Below, in pieces: positions 37,900-52,000 of a DNA stretch of 64,000 bases. The notes under the pieces are model-generated. The model was not told where the DNA came from and did not search any database. It saw only the letters and a list, made by a program, of their open reading frames with translations. Within the stretch, counting starts at the first letter, position 1; each line of letters starts with the position of its first letter. Position numbers and translations under genes: made by a program. Source of the stretch: Balanoglossus misakiensis (lineage: Eukaryota; Animalia; Hemichordata); contig CM082591.2 in the NCBI GenBank assembly GCA_040954595.2, forward strand, positions 10,681,309-10,745,308, in the 5' to 3' direction.

Positions 37900-40800
37900 C
37901 ATGGAAACTTTAGAACTATCCGTCGTTCTACAGAGTCTAGAGGAAAACTTTCTTATCCTCATAGGCCTATCATGTGTTCTGCGCATCACAACAGAATTTT
38001 GTAAACAAACGAGGCTGTGTTTGGAAGCAACCATGCGCATAGACCTATCATGTGTTCTGCGCATCACAACAGAATTTTGTAAACAAACGAGGCTGTGTTT
38101 GGAAGCAACCATGGAAACTTTAGAACTATCCGTCGTTCTGCAGAGTCTACAGGAAAACTTTCTTATCCTCATAGGCCTATCATGTGTTCTGCGCATCACA
38201 ACAGAATTTTGTAAACAAACGAGGCTGTGTTTGGAAGCAACCATGGAAACTTTAGAACTATCCGTCGATCTACAGAGTCTAGTGGAAAACTTTCTTATGC
38301 GCATAGACCTATCATGTGATCTGCGCATCACAACAGAATTTTGTAAACAAACGAGGCTGTGTTTGGAAGCAACCATGGAAACTTTAGAACTATCCGTCGA
38401 TCTACAGAGTCCAGTGGAAAACTTTCTTATCCTCATAGGCCTATCATGTGCTCTGCGCATCAAAACAGAATTTTGTAAACAAACGAGGCTGTGTTTGGAA
38501 GCAACCATGGAAACTTTAGAACTATCCGTCGATCTACAGAGTCTAGTGGAAAACTTTCTTATGCGCATAGACCTATCATGTGTTCTGCGCATCACAACAG
38601 AATTTTGTAAACAAACGAGGCTGTGTTTGGAAGCAACCATGGAAACTTTAGAACTATCCGTCGATCTACAGAGTCTAGTGGAAAATTTTCTTCTGGTCAT
38701 AGACCTATCATGTGTTCTGCGCATCACAACAGAATTTTGTAAACAAACGAGGCTGTGTTTGGAAGCAACCATGGAAACTTTAGAACTATCCGTCGATCGA
38801 CAGAGTCTAGTGGAAAACTTTCTTATGCGCATAGACCTATCATGTGTTCTGCGCATCACAACAGAATTTTGTAAACAAACGAGGCTGTGTTTGGAAGCAG
38901 CCATGGAAACTTTAGAACTATCCGTCGATCTACAGAGTCTAGTGGAAAACTTTCTTATGGTCATAGACCTATCATGTGTTCTGCGCATCACAACAGAATT
39001 TTGTAAACAAACGAGGCTGTGTTTGGAAGCAACCATGGAAACTTTAGAACTATCCGTCGTTCTACAGAGTCTAGAGGAAAACTTTATTATCCTCATAGGC
39101 CTATCATGTGTTCTGCGCATCACAACAGAATTTTGTAAACAAACGAGGCTGTGTTTGGAAGCAACCATGCGCATAGACCTATCATGTGTTCTGCGCATCA
39201 CAACAGAATTTTGTAAACAAACGAGGCTGTGTTTGGAAGCAACCATGGAAACTTTAGAACTATCCGTCGATCTACAGAGTCTAGTGGAAAACTTTCTTAT
39301 GCGCATAGACCTATCATGTGTTCTGCGCATCACAACAGAATTTTGTAAACAAACGAGGCTGTGTTTGGAAGCAACCATGGAAACTTTAGAACTATCCGTC
39401 GATCTACAGAGTCTAGTGGAAAACTTTCTTATGCGCATAGACCTATCATGTGTTCTGCGCATCACAACAGAATTTTGTAAACAAACGAGGCTGTGTTTGG
39501 AAGCAACCATGGAAACTTTAGAACTATCCGTCGATCTACAGAGTCTAGAGGAAAACTTTCTTATGCGCATAGACCTATCATGTGTTCTGCGCATCACAAC
39601 AGAATTTTGTAAACAAACGAGGCTGTGTTTGGAAGCAACCATGGAAACTTTAGAACTATCCGTCGTTCTACAGAGTCTAGAGGAAAACTTTCTTATCCTC
39701 ATAGGCCTATCATGTGTTCTGCGCATCACAACAGAATTTTGTAAACAAACGAGGCTGTGTTTGGAAGCAACCATGCGCATAGACCTATCATGTGTTCTGC
39801 GCATCACAACAGAATTTTGTAAACAAACGAGGCTGTGTTTGGAAGCAACCATGGAAACTTTAGAACTATCCGTCGTTCTGCAGAGTCTACAGGAAAACTT
39901 TCTTATCCTCATAGGCCTATCATGTGTTCTGCGCATCACAACAGAATTTTGTAAACAAACGAGGCTGTGTTTGGAAGCAACCATGGAAACTTTAGAACTA
40001 TCCGTCGATCTACAGAGTCTAGTGGAAAACTTTCTTATGCGCATAGACCTATCATGTGATCTGCGCATCACAACAGAATTTTGTAAACAAACGAGGCTGT
40101 GTTTGGAAGCAACCATGGAAACTTTAGAACTATCCGTCGATCTACAGAGTCCAGTGGAAAACTTTCTTATCCTCATAGGCCTATCATGTGCTCTGCGCAT
40201 CAAAACAGAATTTTGTAAACAAACGAGGCTGTGTTTGGAAGCAACCATGGAAACTTTAGAACTATCCGTCGATCTACAGAGTCTAGTGGAAAACTTTCTT
40301 ATGCGCATAGACCTATCATGTGTTCTGCGCATCACAACAGAATTTTGTAAACAAACGAGGCTGTGTTTGGAAGCAACCATGGAAACTTTAGAACTATCCG
40401 TCGATCTACAGAGTCTAGTGGAAAATTTTCTTCTGGTCATAGACCTATCATGTGTTCTGCGCATCACAACAGAATTTTGTAAACAAACGAGGCTGTGTTT
40501 GGAAGCAACCATGGAAACTTTAGAACTATCCGTCGATCGACAGAGTCTAGTGGAAAACTTTCTTATGCGCATAGACCTATCATGTGTTCTGCGCATCAAA
40601 ACAGAATTTTGTAAACAAACGAGGCTGTGTTTGGAAGCAGCCATGGAAACTTTAGAACTATCCGTCGATCTACAGAGTCTAGTGGAAAACTTTCTTATGG
40701 TCATAGACCTATCATGTGTTCTGCGCATCACAACAGAATTTTGTAAACAAACGAGGCTGTGTTTGGAAGCAACCATGGAAACTTTAGAACTATCCGTCGT

Positions 40801-42200
40801 TCTACAGAGTCTAGAGGAAAACTTTATTATCCTCATAGGCCTATCATGTGTTCTGCGCATCACAACAGAATTTTGTAAACAAACGAGGCTGTGTTTGGAA
40901 GCAACCATGCGCATAGACCTATCATGTGTTCTGCGCATCACAACAGAATTTTGTAAACAAACGAGGCTGTGTTTGGAAGCAACCATGGAAACTTTAGAAC
41001 TATCCGTCGATTGACAGAGTCTAGTGGAAAACTTTCTTATGCGCATAGACCTATCATGTGATCTGCGCATCACAACAGAATTTTGTAAACAAACGAGGCT
41101 GTGTTTGGAAGCAACCATGCGCATAGACCTATCATGTGTTCTGCGCATCACAACAGAATTTTGTAAACAAACGAGGCTGTGTTTGGAAGCAACCATGGAA
41201 ACTTTAGAACTATCCGTCGATTGACAGAGTCTAGTGGAAAACTTTCTTATGCGCATAGACCTATCATGTGATCTGCGCATCACAACAGAATTTTGTAAAC
41301 AAACGAGGCTGTGTTTGGAAGCAACCATGGAAACTTTAGAACTATCCGTCGATCTACAGAGTCCAGTGGAAAACTTTCTTATCCTCATAGGCCTATCATG
41401 TGCTCTGCGCATCAAAACAGAATTTTGTAAACAAACGAGGCTGTGTTTGGAAGCAACCATGGAAACTTTAGAACTATCCGTCGATCTACAGAGTCTAGTG
41501 GAAAACTTTCTTATGCGCATAGACCTATCATGTGTTCTGCGCATCACAACAGAATTTTGTAAACAAACGAGGCTGTGTTTGGAAGCAACCATGGAAACTT
41601 TAGAACTATCCGTCGATCTACAGAGTCTAGTGGAAAATTTTCTTCTGGTCATAGACCTATCATGTGTTCTGCGCATCACAACAGAATTTTGTAAACAAAC
41701 GAGGCTGTGTTTGGAAGCAACCATGGAAACTTTAGAACTATCCGTCGATCGACAGAGTCTAGTGGAAAACTTTCTTATGCGCATAGACCTATCATGTGTT
41801 CTGCGCATCAAAACAGAATTTTGTAAACAAACGAGGCTGTGTTTGGAAGCAGCCATGGAAACTTTAGAACTATCCGTCGATCTACAGAGTCTAGTGGAAA
41901 ACTTTCTTATGGTCATAGACCTATCATGTGTTCTGCGCATCACAACAGAATTTTGTAAACAAACGAGGCTGTGTTTGGAAGCAACCATGGAAACTTTAGA
42001 ACTATCCGTCGTTCTACAGAGTCTAGAGGAAAACTTTATTATCCTCATAGGCCTATCATGTGTTCTGCGCATCACAACAGAATTTTGTAAACAAACGAGG
42101 CTGTGTTTGGAAGCAACCATGCGCATAGACCTATCATGTGTTCTGCGCATCACAACAGAATTTTGTAAACAAACGAGGCTGTGTTTGGAAGCAACCATGG
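37900..42200. repeat. 1740-bp duplication (12x132 + 2x78) plus a third partial copy
   Basis: Variants ATGTGATCTG (38314/40054), TTCTGGTCAT (38691/40431, third copy near 41643) and AAGCAGCC (about 38895/40635/41847) recur. End points are approximate. Confidence 0.85.
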
Positions 42201-45200
42201 AAACTTTAGAACTATCCGTCGATCTACAGAGTCTAGTGGAAAACTTTCTTATGCGCATAGACCTATCATGTGTTCTGCGCATCACAACAGAATTTTGTAA
42301 ACAAACGAGGCTGTGTTTGGAAGCAACCATGGAAACTTTAGAACTATCCGTCGATCTACAGAGTCTAGAGGAAAACTTTCTTATGCGCATAGACCTATCA
42401 TGTGTTCTGCGCATCACAACAGAATTTTGTAAACAAACGAGGCTGTGTTTGGAAGCAACCATGGAAACTTTAAAACTATCCGTCGATCTACAGAGTCCAG
42501 TGGAAAACTTTCTTATCCTCATAGGCCTATCATGTGTTCTGCGCATCACAACAGAATTTTGTAAACAAACGAGGCTGTGTTTGGAAGCAACAATGGAAAC
42601 TTTAGAACTATCCGTCGATCTACAGAGTCTAGTGGAAAACTTTCTTATCCTCATAGACCTATCATGTGTTCTGCGCATCACAACAGAATTTTGTAAACAA
42701 ACGAGGCTGTGTTTGGAAGCAACCATGGAAACTTTAGAACTATCCGTCGATCTACAGAGTCTAGTGGAAAACTTTCTTATGGTCATAGACCTATCATGTG
42801 TTCTGCGCATCACAACAGAATTTTGTAAACAAACGAGGCTGTGTTTGGAAGCAACCATGGAAACTTTAGAACTATCCGTCGATCGACAGAGTCTAGTGGA
42901 AAACTTTCTTATGCGCATAGACCTATCATGTGTTCTGCGCATCACAACAGAATTATGTAAACAAACGAGGCTGTGTTTGGAAGCAGCCATGGAAACTTTA
43001 GAACTATCCGTCGATCTACGGAGTCTAGTGGAAAACTTTCTTATGCGCATAGACCTATCATGTGTTCTGCGCATCACAACAGAATTTTGTAAACAAACGA
43101 GGCTGTGTTTGGAAGCAACCATGGAAACTTTAGAACTATCCGTCGTTCTACAGAGTCTAGAGGAAAACTTTCTTATCCTCATAGGCCTATCATGTGTTCT
43201 GCGCATCACAACAGAATTTTGTAAACAAACGAGGCTGTGTTTGGAAGCAACCATGCGCATAGACCTATCATGTGTTCTGCGCATCACAACAGAATTTTGT
43301 AAACAAACGAGGCTGTGTTTGGAAGCAACCATGGAAACTTTAGAACTATCCGTCGATCTACAGAGTCTAGTGGAAAACTTTCTTATGCGCATAGACCTAT
43401 CATGTGTTCTGCGCATCACAACAGAATTTTGTAAACAAACGAGGCTGTGTTTGGAAGCAACCATGGAAACTTTAGAACTATCCGTCGATCTACAGAGTCT
43501 AGAGGAAAACTTTCTTATGCGCATAGACCTATCATGTGTTCTGCGCATCACAACAGAATTTTGTAAACAAACGAGGCTGTGTTTGGAAGCAACCATGGAA
43601 ACTTTAAAACTATCCGTCGATCTACAGAGTCCAGTGGAAAACTTTCTTATCCTCATAGGCTTATCATGTGTTCTGCGCATCACAACAGAATTTTGTAAAC
43701 AAACGAGGCTGTGTTTGGAAGCAACAATGGAAACTTTAGAACTATCCGTCGATCTACAGAGTCTAGTGGAAAACTTTCTTATCCTCATAGACCTATCATG
43801 TGTTCTGCGCATCACAACAGAATTTTGTAAACAAACGAGGCTGTGTTTGGAAGCAACCATGGAAACTTTAGAACTATCCGTCGATCTACAGAGTCTAGTG
43901 GAAAACTTTCTTATGGTCATAGACCTATCATGTGTTCTGCGCATCACAACAGAATTTTGTAAACAAACGAGGCTGTGTTTGGAAGCAACCATGTAAACTT
44001 TAGAACTATCCGTCGATTGACAGAGTCTAGTGGAAAACTTTCTTATGCGCATAGACCTATCATGTGTTCTGCGCATCACAACAGAATTTTGTAAACAAAC
44101 GAGGCTGTGTTTGGAAGCAACTATGGAAACTTTAGAACTATCCGTCGATCTACGGAGTCTAGTGGAAAACTTTCTTATGCGCATAGACCTATCATGTGTT
44201 CTGCGCATCACAACAGAATTTTGTAAACAAACGAGGCTGTGTTTGGAAGCAACCATGGAAACTTTAGAACTATCCGTCGTTCTACAGAGTCTAGAGGAAA
44301 ACTTTCTTATCCTCATAGGCCTATCATGTGTTCTGCGCATCACAACAGAATTTTGTAAACAAACGAGGCTGTGTTTGGAAGCAACCATTGAAACTTTAGA
44401 ACTATCCGTCGATCTACAGAGTCTATTGGAAAACTTTCTTATCCTCATAGACCTATCATGTGTTCTGCGCATCACAACAGAATTTTGTAAACAAACGAGG
44501 CTGTGTTTGGAAGCAACCATGGAAACTTTAGAACTATCCGTCGATCTACAGAGTCTAGAGGAAAACTTTCTGATGCGCATAGACCTATCATGTGTTCTGC
44601 GCATCACAACAGAATTTTGTAAACAAACGAGGCTGTGTTTGGAAGCAACCATGGAAACTTTAAAACTATCCGTCGATCTACAGAGTCCAGTGGAAAACTT
44701 TCTTATCCTCATAGGCCTATCATGTGTTCTGCACATCACAACAGAATTTTGTAAACAAACGAGGCTGTGTTTGGAAGCAACAATGGAAACTTTAGAACTA
44801 TCCGTCGATCTACAGAGTCTAGTGGAAAACTTTCTTATCCTCATAGACCTATCATGTGTTCTGCGCATCACAACAGAATTTTGTAAACAAACGAGGCTGT
44901 GTTTGGAAGCAACCATGGAAACTTTAGAACTATCCGTCGATCTACAGAGTCTATTGGAAAACTTTCTTATCCTCGTAGACCTATCATGTGTTCTGCGCAT
45001 CACAACAGAATTTTGTAAACAAACGAGGCTGTGTTTGGAAGCAACCATGGAAACTTTAGTACTATCCGTCGTTCTACAGAGTCTATTGGAAAACTTTCTT
45101 ATCCTCATAGACCTATCATGTGTTCTGCGCATCACAACAGAATTTTTTAAACAATCGAGGCTGTGTTTGGAAGCAACCATGGAAACTTTAGAACTATCCG

Positions 45201-48200
45201 TCGATCTACAGAGTCTAGTGAAAAACTTTCTTATGCGCATAGGCCTATCATGTGTTCTGCGCATCACAACAGAATTCGGTAAATAAACGAGGGTGTGTTT
45301 GGAAGCAACCATGGAAACTTTAGAACTATCCGTCGATCTACAGAGTCTAGTGGAAAACTTTCTTATGCGCATAGACCTATCATGTGTTCTGCGCATCACA
45401 ACAGAATTTTGTAAACAAACGAGGCTGTGTTTGGAAGCAACCATGGAAACTTTAGAACTATCCGTCGATCTACAGAGTCTAGTGGAAAACTTTCTTATGC
45501 GCATAGACCTATCATGTGTTCTGCGCATCACAACAGAATTTTGTAAACAAACGAGGCTGTGTTTGGAAGCAACCATGGAAACTTTAGAACTATCCGTCGT
45601 TCTGCAGAGTCTACAGGAAAACTTTCTTATCCTCATAGGCCTATCATGTGTTCTGCGCATCACAACAGAATTTTGTAAACAAACGAGGCTGTGTTTGGAA
45701 GCAACCATGGAAACTTTAGAACTATCCGTCGATCTACAGAGTCTAGTGGAAAACTTTCTTATGCGCATAGACCTATCATGTGTTCTGCGCATCACAACAG
45801 AATTTTGTAAACAAACGAGGCTGTGTTTGGAAGCAACCATGGAAACTTTAGAACTATCCGTCGATCTACAGAGTCTAGTGGAAAACTTTCTTATGCGCAT
45901 AGACCTATCATGTGTTCTGCGCATCACAACAGAATTTTGTAAACAAACGAGGCTGTGTTTGGAAGCAACCATGAAACTTTAGAACTATCCGTCGATCTAC
46001 AGAGTCTAGTGGAAAACTTTCTTATGCGCATAGACCTATCATGTGTTCTGCGCATCACAACAGAATTTTGTAAACAAACGAGGCTGTGTTTGGAAGCAAC
46101 CATGGAAACTTTAGAACTATCCGTCGATCTACAGAGTCTATTGGAAAACTTTCTTATCCTCATAGACCTATCATGTGTTCTGCGCATCACAACAGAATTT
46201 TGTAAACAAACGAGGCTGTGTTTGGAAGCAACCATGGAAACTTTAGAACTATCCGTCGTTCTACAGAGTCTATTGGAAAACTTTCTTATCCTCATAGACC
46301 TATCATGTGTTCTGCGCATCACAACAGAATTTTTTAAACAATCGAGGCTGTGTTTGGAAGCAACCATGGAAACTTTAGAACTATCCGTCGATCTACAGAG
46401 TCTAGTGAAAAACTTTCTTATGCGCATAGGCCTATCATGTGTTCTGCGCATCACAACAGAATTCGGTAAATAAACGAGGGTGTGCTTGGAAGCAACCATG
46501 GAAACTTTAGAACTATCCGTCGATCTACAGAGTCTAGTGGAAAACTTTCTTATGCGCATAGACCTATCATGTGTTCTGCGCATCACAACAGAATTTTGTA
46601 AACAAACGAGGCTGTGTTTGGAAGCAACCATGGAAACTTTAGAACTATCCGTCGATCTACAGAGTCTAGTGGAAAACTTTCTTATGCGCATAGACCTATC
46701 ATGTGTTCTGCGCATCACAACAGAATTTTGCAAACAAACGAGGCTGTGTTTGGAAGCAACCATGGAAACTTTAGAACTATCCGTCGATCTACAGAGTCTA
46801 TTGGAAAACTTTCTTATCCTCATAGACCTATCATGTGTTCTGCGCATCACAACAGAATTTTGTAAACAAACGAGGCTGTGTTTGGAAGCAACCATGGAAA
46901 CTTTAGAACTATCCGTCGTTCTACAGAGTCTATTGGAAAACTTTCTTATCCTCATAGACCTATCATGTGTTCTGCGCATCACAACAGAATTTTTTAAACA
47001 ATCGAGGCTGTGTTTGGAAGCAACCATGGAAACTTTAGAACTATCCGTCGATCTACAGAGTCTAGTGGAAAACTTTCTTATGCGCATAGACCTATCATGT
47101 GTTCTGCGCATCACAACATAATTTTGTAAACAAACGAGGCTGTGTTTGGAAGCAACCATGGAAACTTTAGAACTATCCGTCGATCTACAGAGTCTAGTGA
47201 AAAACTTTCTTATGCGCATAGGCCTATCATGTGTTCTGCGCATCACAACAGAATTCGGTAAATAAACGAGGGTGTGTTTGGAAGCAACCATGGAAACTTT
47301 AGAACTATCCGTCGATCTACAGAGTCTAGTGGAAAACTTTCTTATGCGCATAGACCTATCATGTGTTCTGCGCATCACAACAGAATTTTGTAAACAAACG
47401 AGGCTGTGTTTGGAAGCAACCATGGAAACTTTAGAACTATCCGTCGATCTACAGAGTCTAGTGGAAAACTTTCTTATGCGCATAGACCTATCATGTGTTC
47501 TGCGCATCACAACAGAATTTTGTAAACAAACGAGGCTGTGTTTGGAAGCAACCATGGAAACTTTAGAACTATCCGTCGTTCTGCAGAGTCTACAGGAAAA
47601 CTTTCTTATCCTCATAGGCCTATCATGTGTTCTGCGCATCACAACAGAATTTTGTAAACAAACGAGGCTGTGTTTGGAAGCAACCATGGAAACTTTAGAA
47701 CTATCCGTCGATCTACAGAGTCTAGTGGAAAACTTTCTTATGCGCATAGACCTATCATGTGTTCTGCGCATCACAACAGAATTTTGTAAACAAACGAGGC
47801 TGTGTTTGGAAGCAACCATGGAAACTTTAGAACTATCCGTCGATCTACAGAGTCTAGTGGAAAACTTTCTTATGCGCATAGACCTATCATGTGTTGTGCG
47901 CATCACAACAGAATTTTGTAAACAAACGAGGCTGTGTTTGGAAGCAACCATGGGAACTTTAGAACTATCCGTCGATCTACAGAGTCCAGTGGAAAACTTT
48001 CTTATCCTCATAGGCCTATCATGTGTTCTGCGCATCACAACAGAATTTTGTAAACAAACGAGGCTGTGTTTGGAAGCAACCATGGAAACTTTAGAACTAT
48101 CCGTCGATCTACAGAGTCCAGTGGAAAACTTTCTTATCCTCATAGGCCTATCATGTGTTCTGCGCATCACAACAGAATTTTGTAAACAAACGAGGCTGTG

Positions 48201-49039
48201 TTTGGAAGCAACAATGGAAACTTTAGAACTATCCGTCGATCTACAGAGTCCAGTGGAAAACTTTCTTATCCTCATAGACCTATCATGTGTTCTGCGCATC
48301 ACAACAGAATTTTGTAAACAAACGAGGCTCTGTTTGGAAGCAACCATGGAAACTTTAGAACTATCCGTCGATCGACAGAGTCTAGTGGAAAACTTTCTTA
48401 TGCGCATAGACCTATCATGTGTTGTGCGCATCACAACAGAATTTTGTAAACAAACGAGGCTGTGTTTGGAAGCAACCATGGAAACTTTAGAACTATCCGT
48501 CGATCTACAGAGTCTAGTGGAAAACTTTCTTATGCGCATAGACCTATCATGTGTTCTGCGCATCACAACAGAATTTTGTAAACAAACGAGGCTGTGTTTG
48601 GAAGCAACCATGGAAACTTTAGAACTATCCGTCGTTCTACAGAGTCTAGAGGAAAACTTTCTTATCCTCATAGGCCTATCATGTGTTCTGCGCATCACAA
48701 CAGAATTTTGTAAACAAACGAGGCTGTGTTTGGTAGCAACCATGGAAACTTTAGATCTATCCGTCGATCTACAGAGTCCAGTGGAAAACTTTCTTATCCT
48801 CATAGACCTATCATGTGTTCTGCGCATCACAACAGAATTTTGTAAACAAACGAGGCATTGTTTGGAAGCAACCATGGAAACTTTAGAACTATCCGTCGAT
48901 CGACAGAGTCTAGTGGAAAACTTTCTTATGCGCATAGACCTATCATGTGTTGTGCGCATCACAACAGAATTTTGTAAACAAACGAGGCTGTGTTTGGAAG
49001 CAACCATGGAAACTTTAGAACTATCCGTCGATCTACAGA

Positions 49040-52000
49040 GTCTAGTGGAAAAACTTTCTTATGCGCATAGACATATCATGTGTTCTGCGCATCACAACAG
49101 AATTTTGTAAACAAACGAGGCTGTGTTTGGAAGCAACCATGGAAACTTTAGAACTATCCGTCGTTCTACAGAGTCTAGAGGAAAACTTTCTTATCCACAT
49201 AGGCCTATCATGTGTTCTGCGCATCACAACAGAATTTTGTAAACAAACGAGGCTGTGTTTGGAAGCAACCATGCGCATAGACCTATCATGTGTTCTGCGC
49301 ATCACAACAGAATTTTGTAAACTAACGAGGCTGTGTTTGGAAGCAACCATGGAAACTTTAGAACTATCCGTCGTTCTGCAGAGTCTACAGGAAAACTTTC
49401 TTATCCTCAAAGGCCTATCATGTGTTCTGCGCATCACAACAGAATTTTGAAAAACAATCGAGGCTGTGTTTTGAAGCAACCATGGAAACTTCAGAACTAT
49501 CCGTCGATCTACAGAGTCTAGTGGAAAACTTTCTTATGCGCATAGACCTGTCATGTGTTCTGCGCATCACAACAGAATTTTGTAAACAAACGAGGCTGTG
49601 TTTGGAAGCAACCATGGACACTTTAGAACTATCCGTCGATCTACAGAGTCTAGAGGAAAACTTTCTTATGCGCATAGACCTATCATGTGTTCTGCGCATC
49701 ACAACAGAATTTTGTAAACAAACGAGGCTGTGTTTGGAAGCAACCATGGAAACTTTAGAACTATCCGTCGATCTACAGAGTCCAGTGGAAAAATTTTCTT
49801 ATCCTCATAGGCCTATCATGTGTTCTGCGCATCACAACAGAATTTTGTAAACAAACGAGGCTGTGTTTGGAAGCAACAATGGAAACTTTAGAACTATCCG
49901 TCGATCTACAGAGTCTAGTGGAAAACTTTCTTATCCTCATAGACCTATCATGTGTTCTGCGCATCACAACAGAATTTTGTAAACAAACGAGGCTGTGTTT
50001 GGAAGCAACCATGGAAACTTTAGAACTATCCGTCGATCTACAGAGTCTATTGGAAAACGTTCTTATCCTCATAGACCTATCATTTGTTCTGCGCATCACA
50101 ACAGAATTTTGTAAACAAACGAGGCTGTGTTTGGAAGCAACCATGGAAACTTTAGAACTATCCGTCGTTCTACAGAGTCTATTGGAAAACTTTCTTATCC
50201 TCATAGACCTATCATGTGTTCTGCGCATCACAACAGAATATTTTAAACAATCGAGGCTGTGTTTGGAAGCAACCATGGAAACTTTAGAACTATCCGTCGA
50301 TCGACAGAGTCTAGTGGAAAACTTTCTTATGCGCATAGACCTATCATGTGTTCTGCGCATCACAACAGAATTTTGTAAACAAACGAGGCTGTGTTTGGAA
50401 GCAACTATGGAAACTTTAGAACTTTCCGTCGATCTACAGAGTCTAGTGGAAAACTTTCTTATGCGCATAGACCTATCATGTGTTCTGCGCATCACAACAG
50501 AATTTTGTAAACAAACGAGGCTGTGTTTGGAAGCAACCATGGAAACTTTAGAACTATCCGTCGTTCTACAGAGTCTAGAGGAAAACTTTCTTATCCTCAT
50601 AGGCCTATCATGTGTTCTGCGCATCACAACAGAATTTTGTAAACAAACGAGGCTGTGTTTGGAAGCAACCATGGAAACTTTAGAACTATCCGTCGATCTA
50701 CAGAGTCTAGTGGAAAAACTTTCTTATGCGCATAGACCTATCATGTGTTCTGCGCATCACAACAGAATTTTGTAAACAAACGAGGCTGTGTTTGGAAGCA
50801 ACCATGGAAACTTTAGAACTATCCGTCGTTCTACAGAGTCTAGAGGAAAACTTTCTTATCCACATAGGCCTATCATGTGTTCTGCGCATCACAACAGAAT
50901 TTTGTAAACAAACGAGGCTGTGTTTGGAAGCAACCATGCGCATAGACCTATCATGTGTTCTGCGCATCACAACAGAATTTTGTAAACAAACGAGGCTGTG
51001 TTTGGAAGCAACCATGGAAACTTTAGAACTATCCGTCGTTCTGCAGAGTCTACAGGAAAACTTTCTTATCCTCATAGGCCTATCATGTGTTCTGCGCATC
51101 ACAACAGAATTTTGAAAAACAAACGAGGCTGTGTTTTGAAGCAACCATGGAAACTTCAGAACTATCCGTCGATCTACAGAGTCTAGTGGAAAACTTTCTT
51201 ATGCGCATAGACCTGTCATGTGTTCTGCGCATCACAACAGAATTTTGTAAACAAACGAGGCTGTGTTTGGAAGCAACCATGGACACTTTAGAACTATCCG
51301 TCGATCTACAGAGTCTAGAGGAAAACTTTCTTATGCGCATAGACCTATCATGTGTTCTGCGCATCACAACAGAATTTTGTAAACAAACGAGGCTGTGTTT
51401 GGAAGCAACCATGGAAACTTTAGAACTATCCGTCGATCTACAGAGTCCAGTGGAAAAATTTTCTTATCCTCATAGGCCTATCATGTGTTCTGCGCATCAC
51501 AACAGAATTTTGTAAACAAACGAGGCTGTGTTTGGAAGCAACAATGGAAACTTTAGAACTATCCGTCGATCTACAGAGTCTAGTGGAAAACTTTCTTATC
51601 CTCATAGACCTATCATGTGTTCTGCGCATCACAACAGAATTTTGTAAACAAACGAGGCTGTGTTTGGAAGCAACCATGGAAACTTTAGAACTATCCGTCG
51701 ATCTACAGAGTCTATTGGAAAACGTTCTTATCCTCATAGACCTATCATGTGTTCTGCGCATCACAACAGAATTTTGTAAACAAACGAGGCTGTGTTTGGA
51801 AGCAACCATGGAAACTTTAGAACTATCCGTCGTTCTACAGAGTATATTGGAAAACTTTCTTATCCTCATAGACCTATCATGTGTTCTGCGCATCACAACA
51901 GAATGTTTTAAACAATCGAGGCTGTGTTTGGAAGCAACCATGGAAACTTTAGAACTATCCGTCGATCGACAGAGTCTAGTGGAAAACTTTCTTATGCGCA

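Noticed and set aside
6219-45972. Giant ORFs (3985, 5724 and 2035 aa, etc.) as real protein-coding genes
   Set aside because: They are translations of a 3n-length satellite on both strands at once. They have no unique N- or C-terminus and are broken by propagated stops, frameshifts and LINE insertions. Kept only as a low-score finding.
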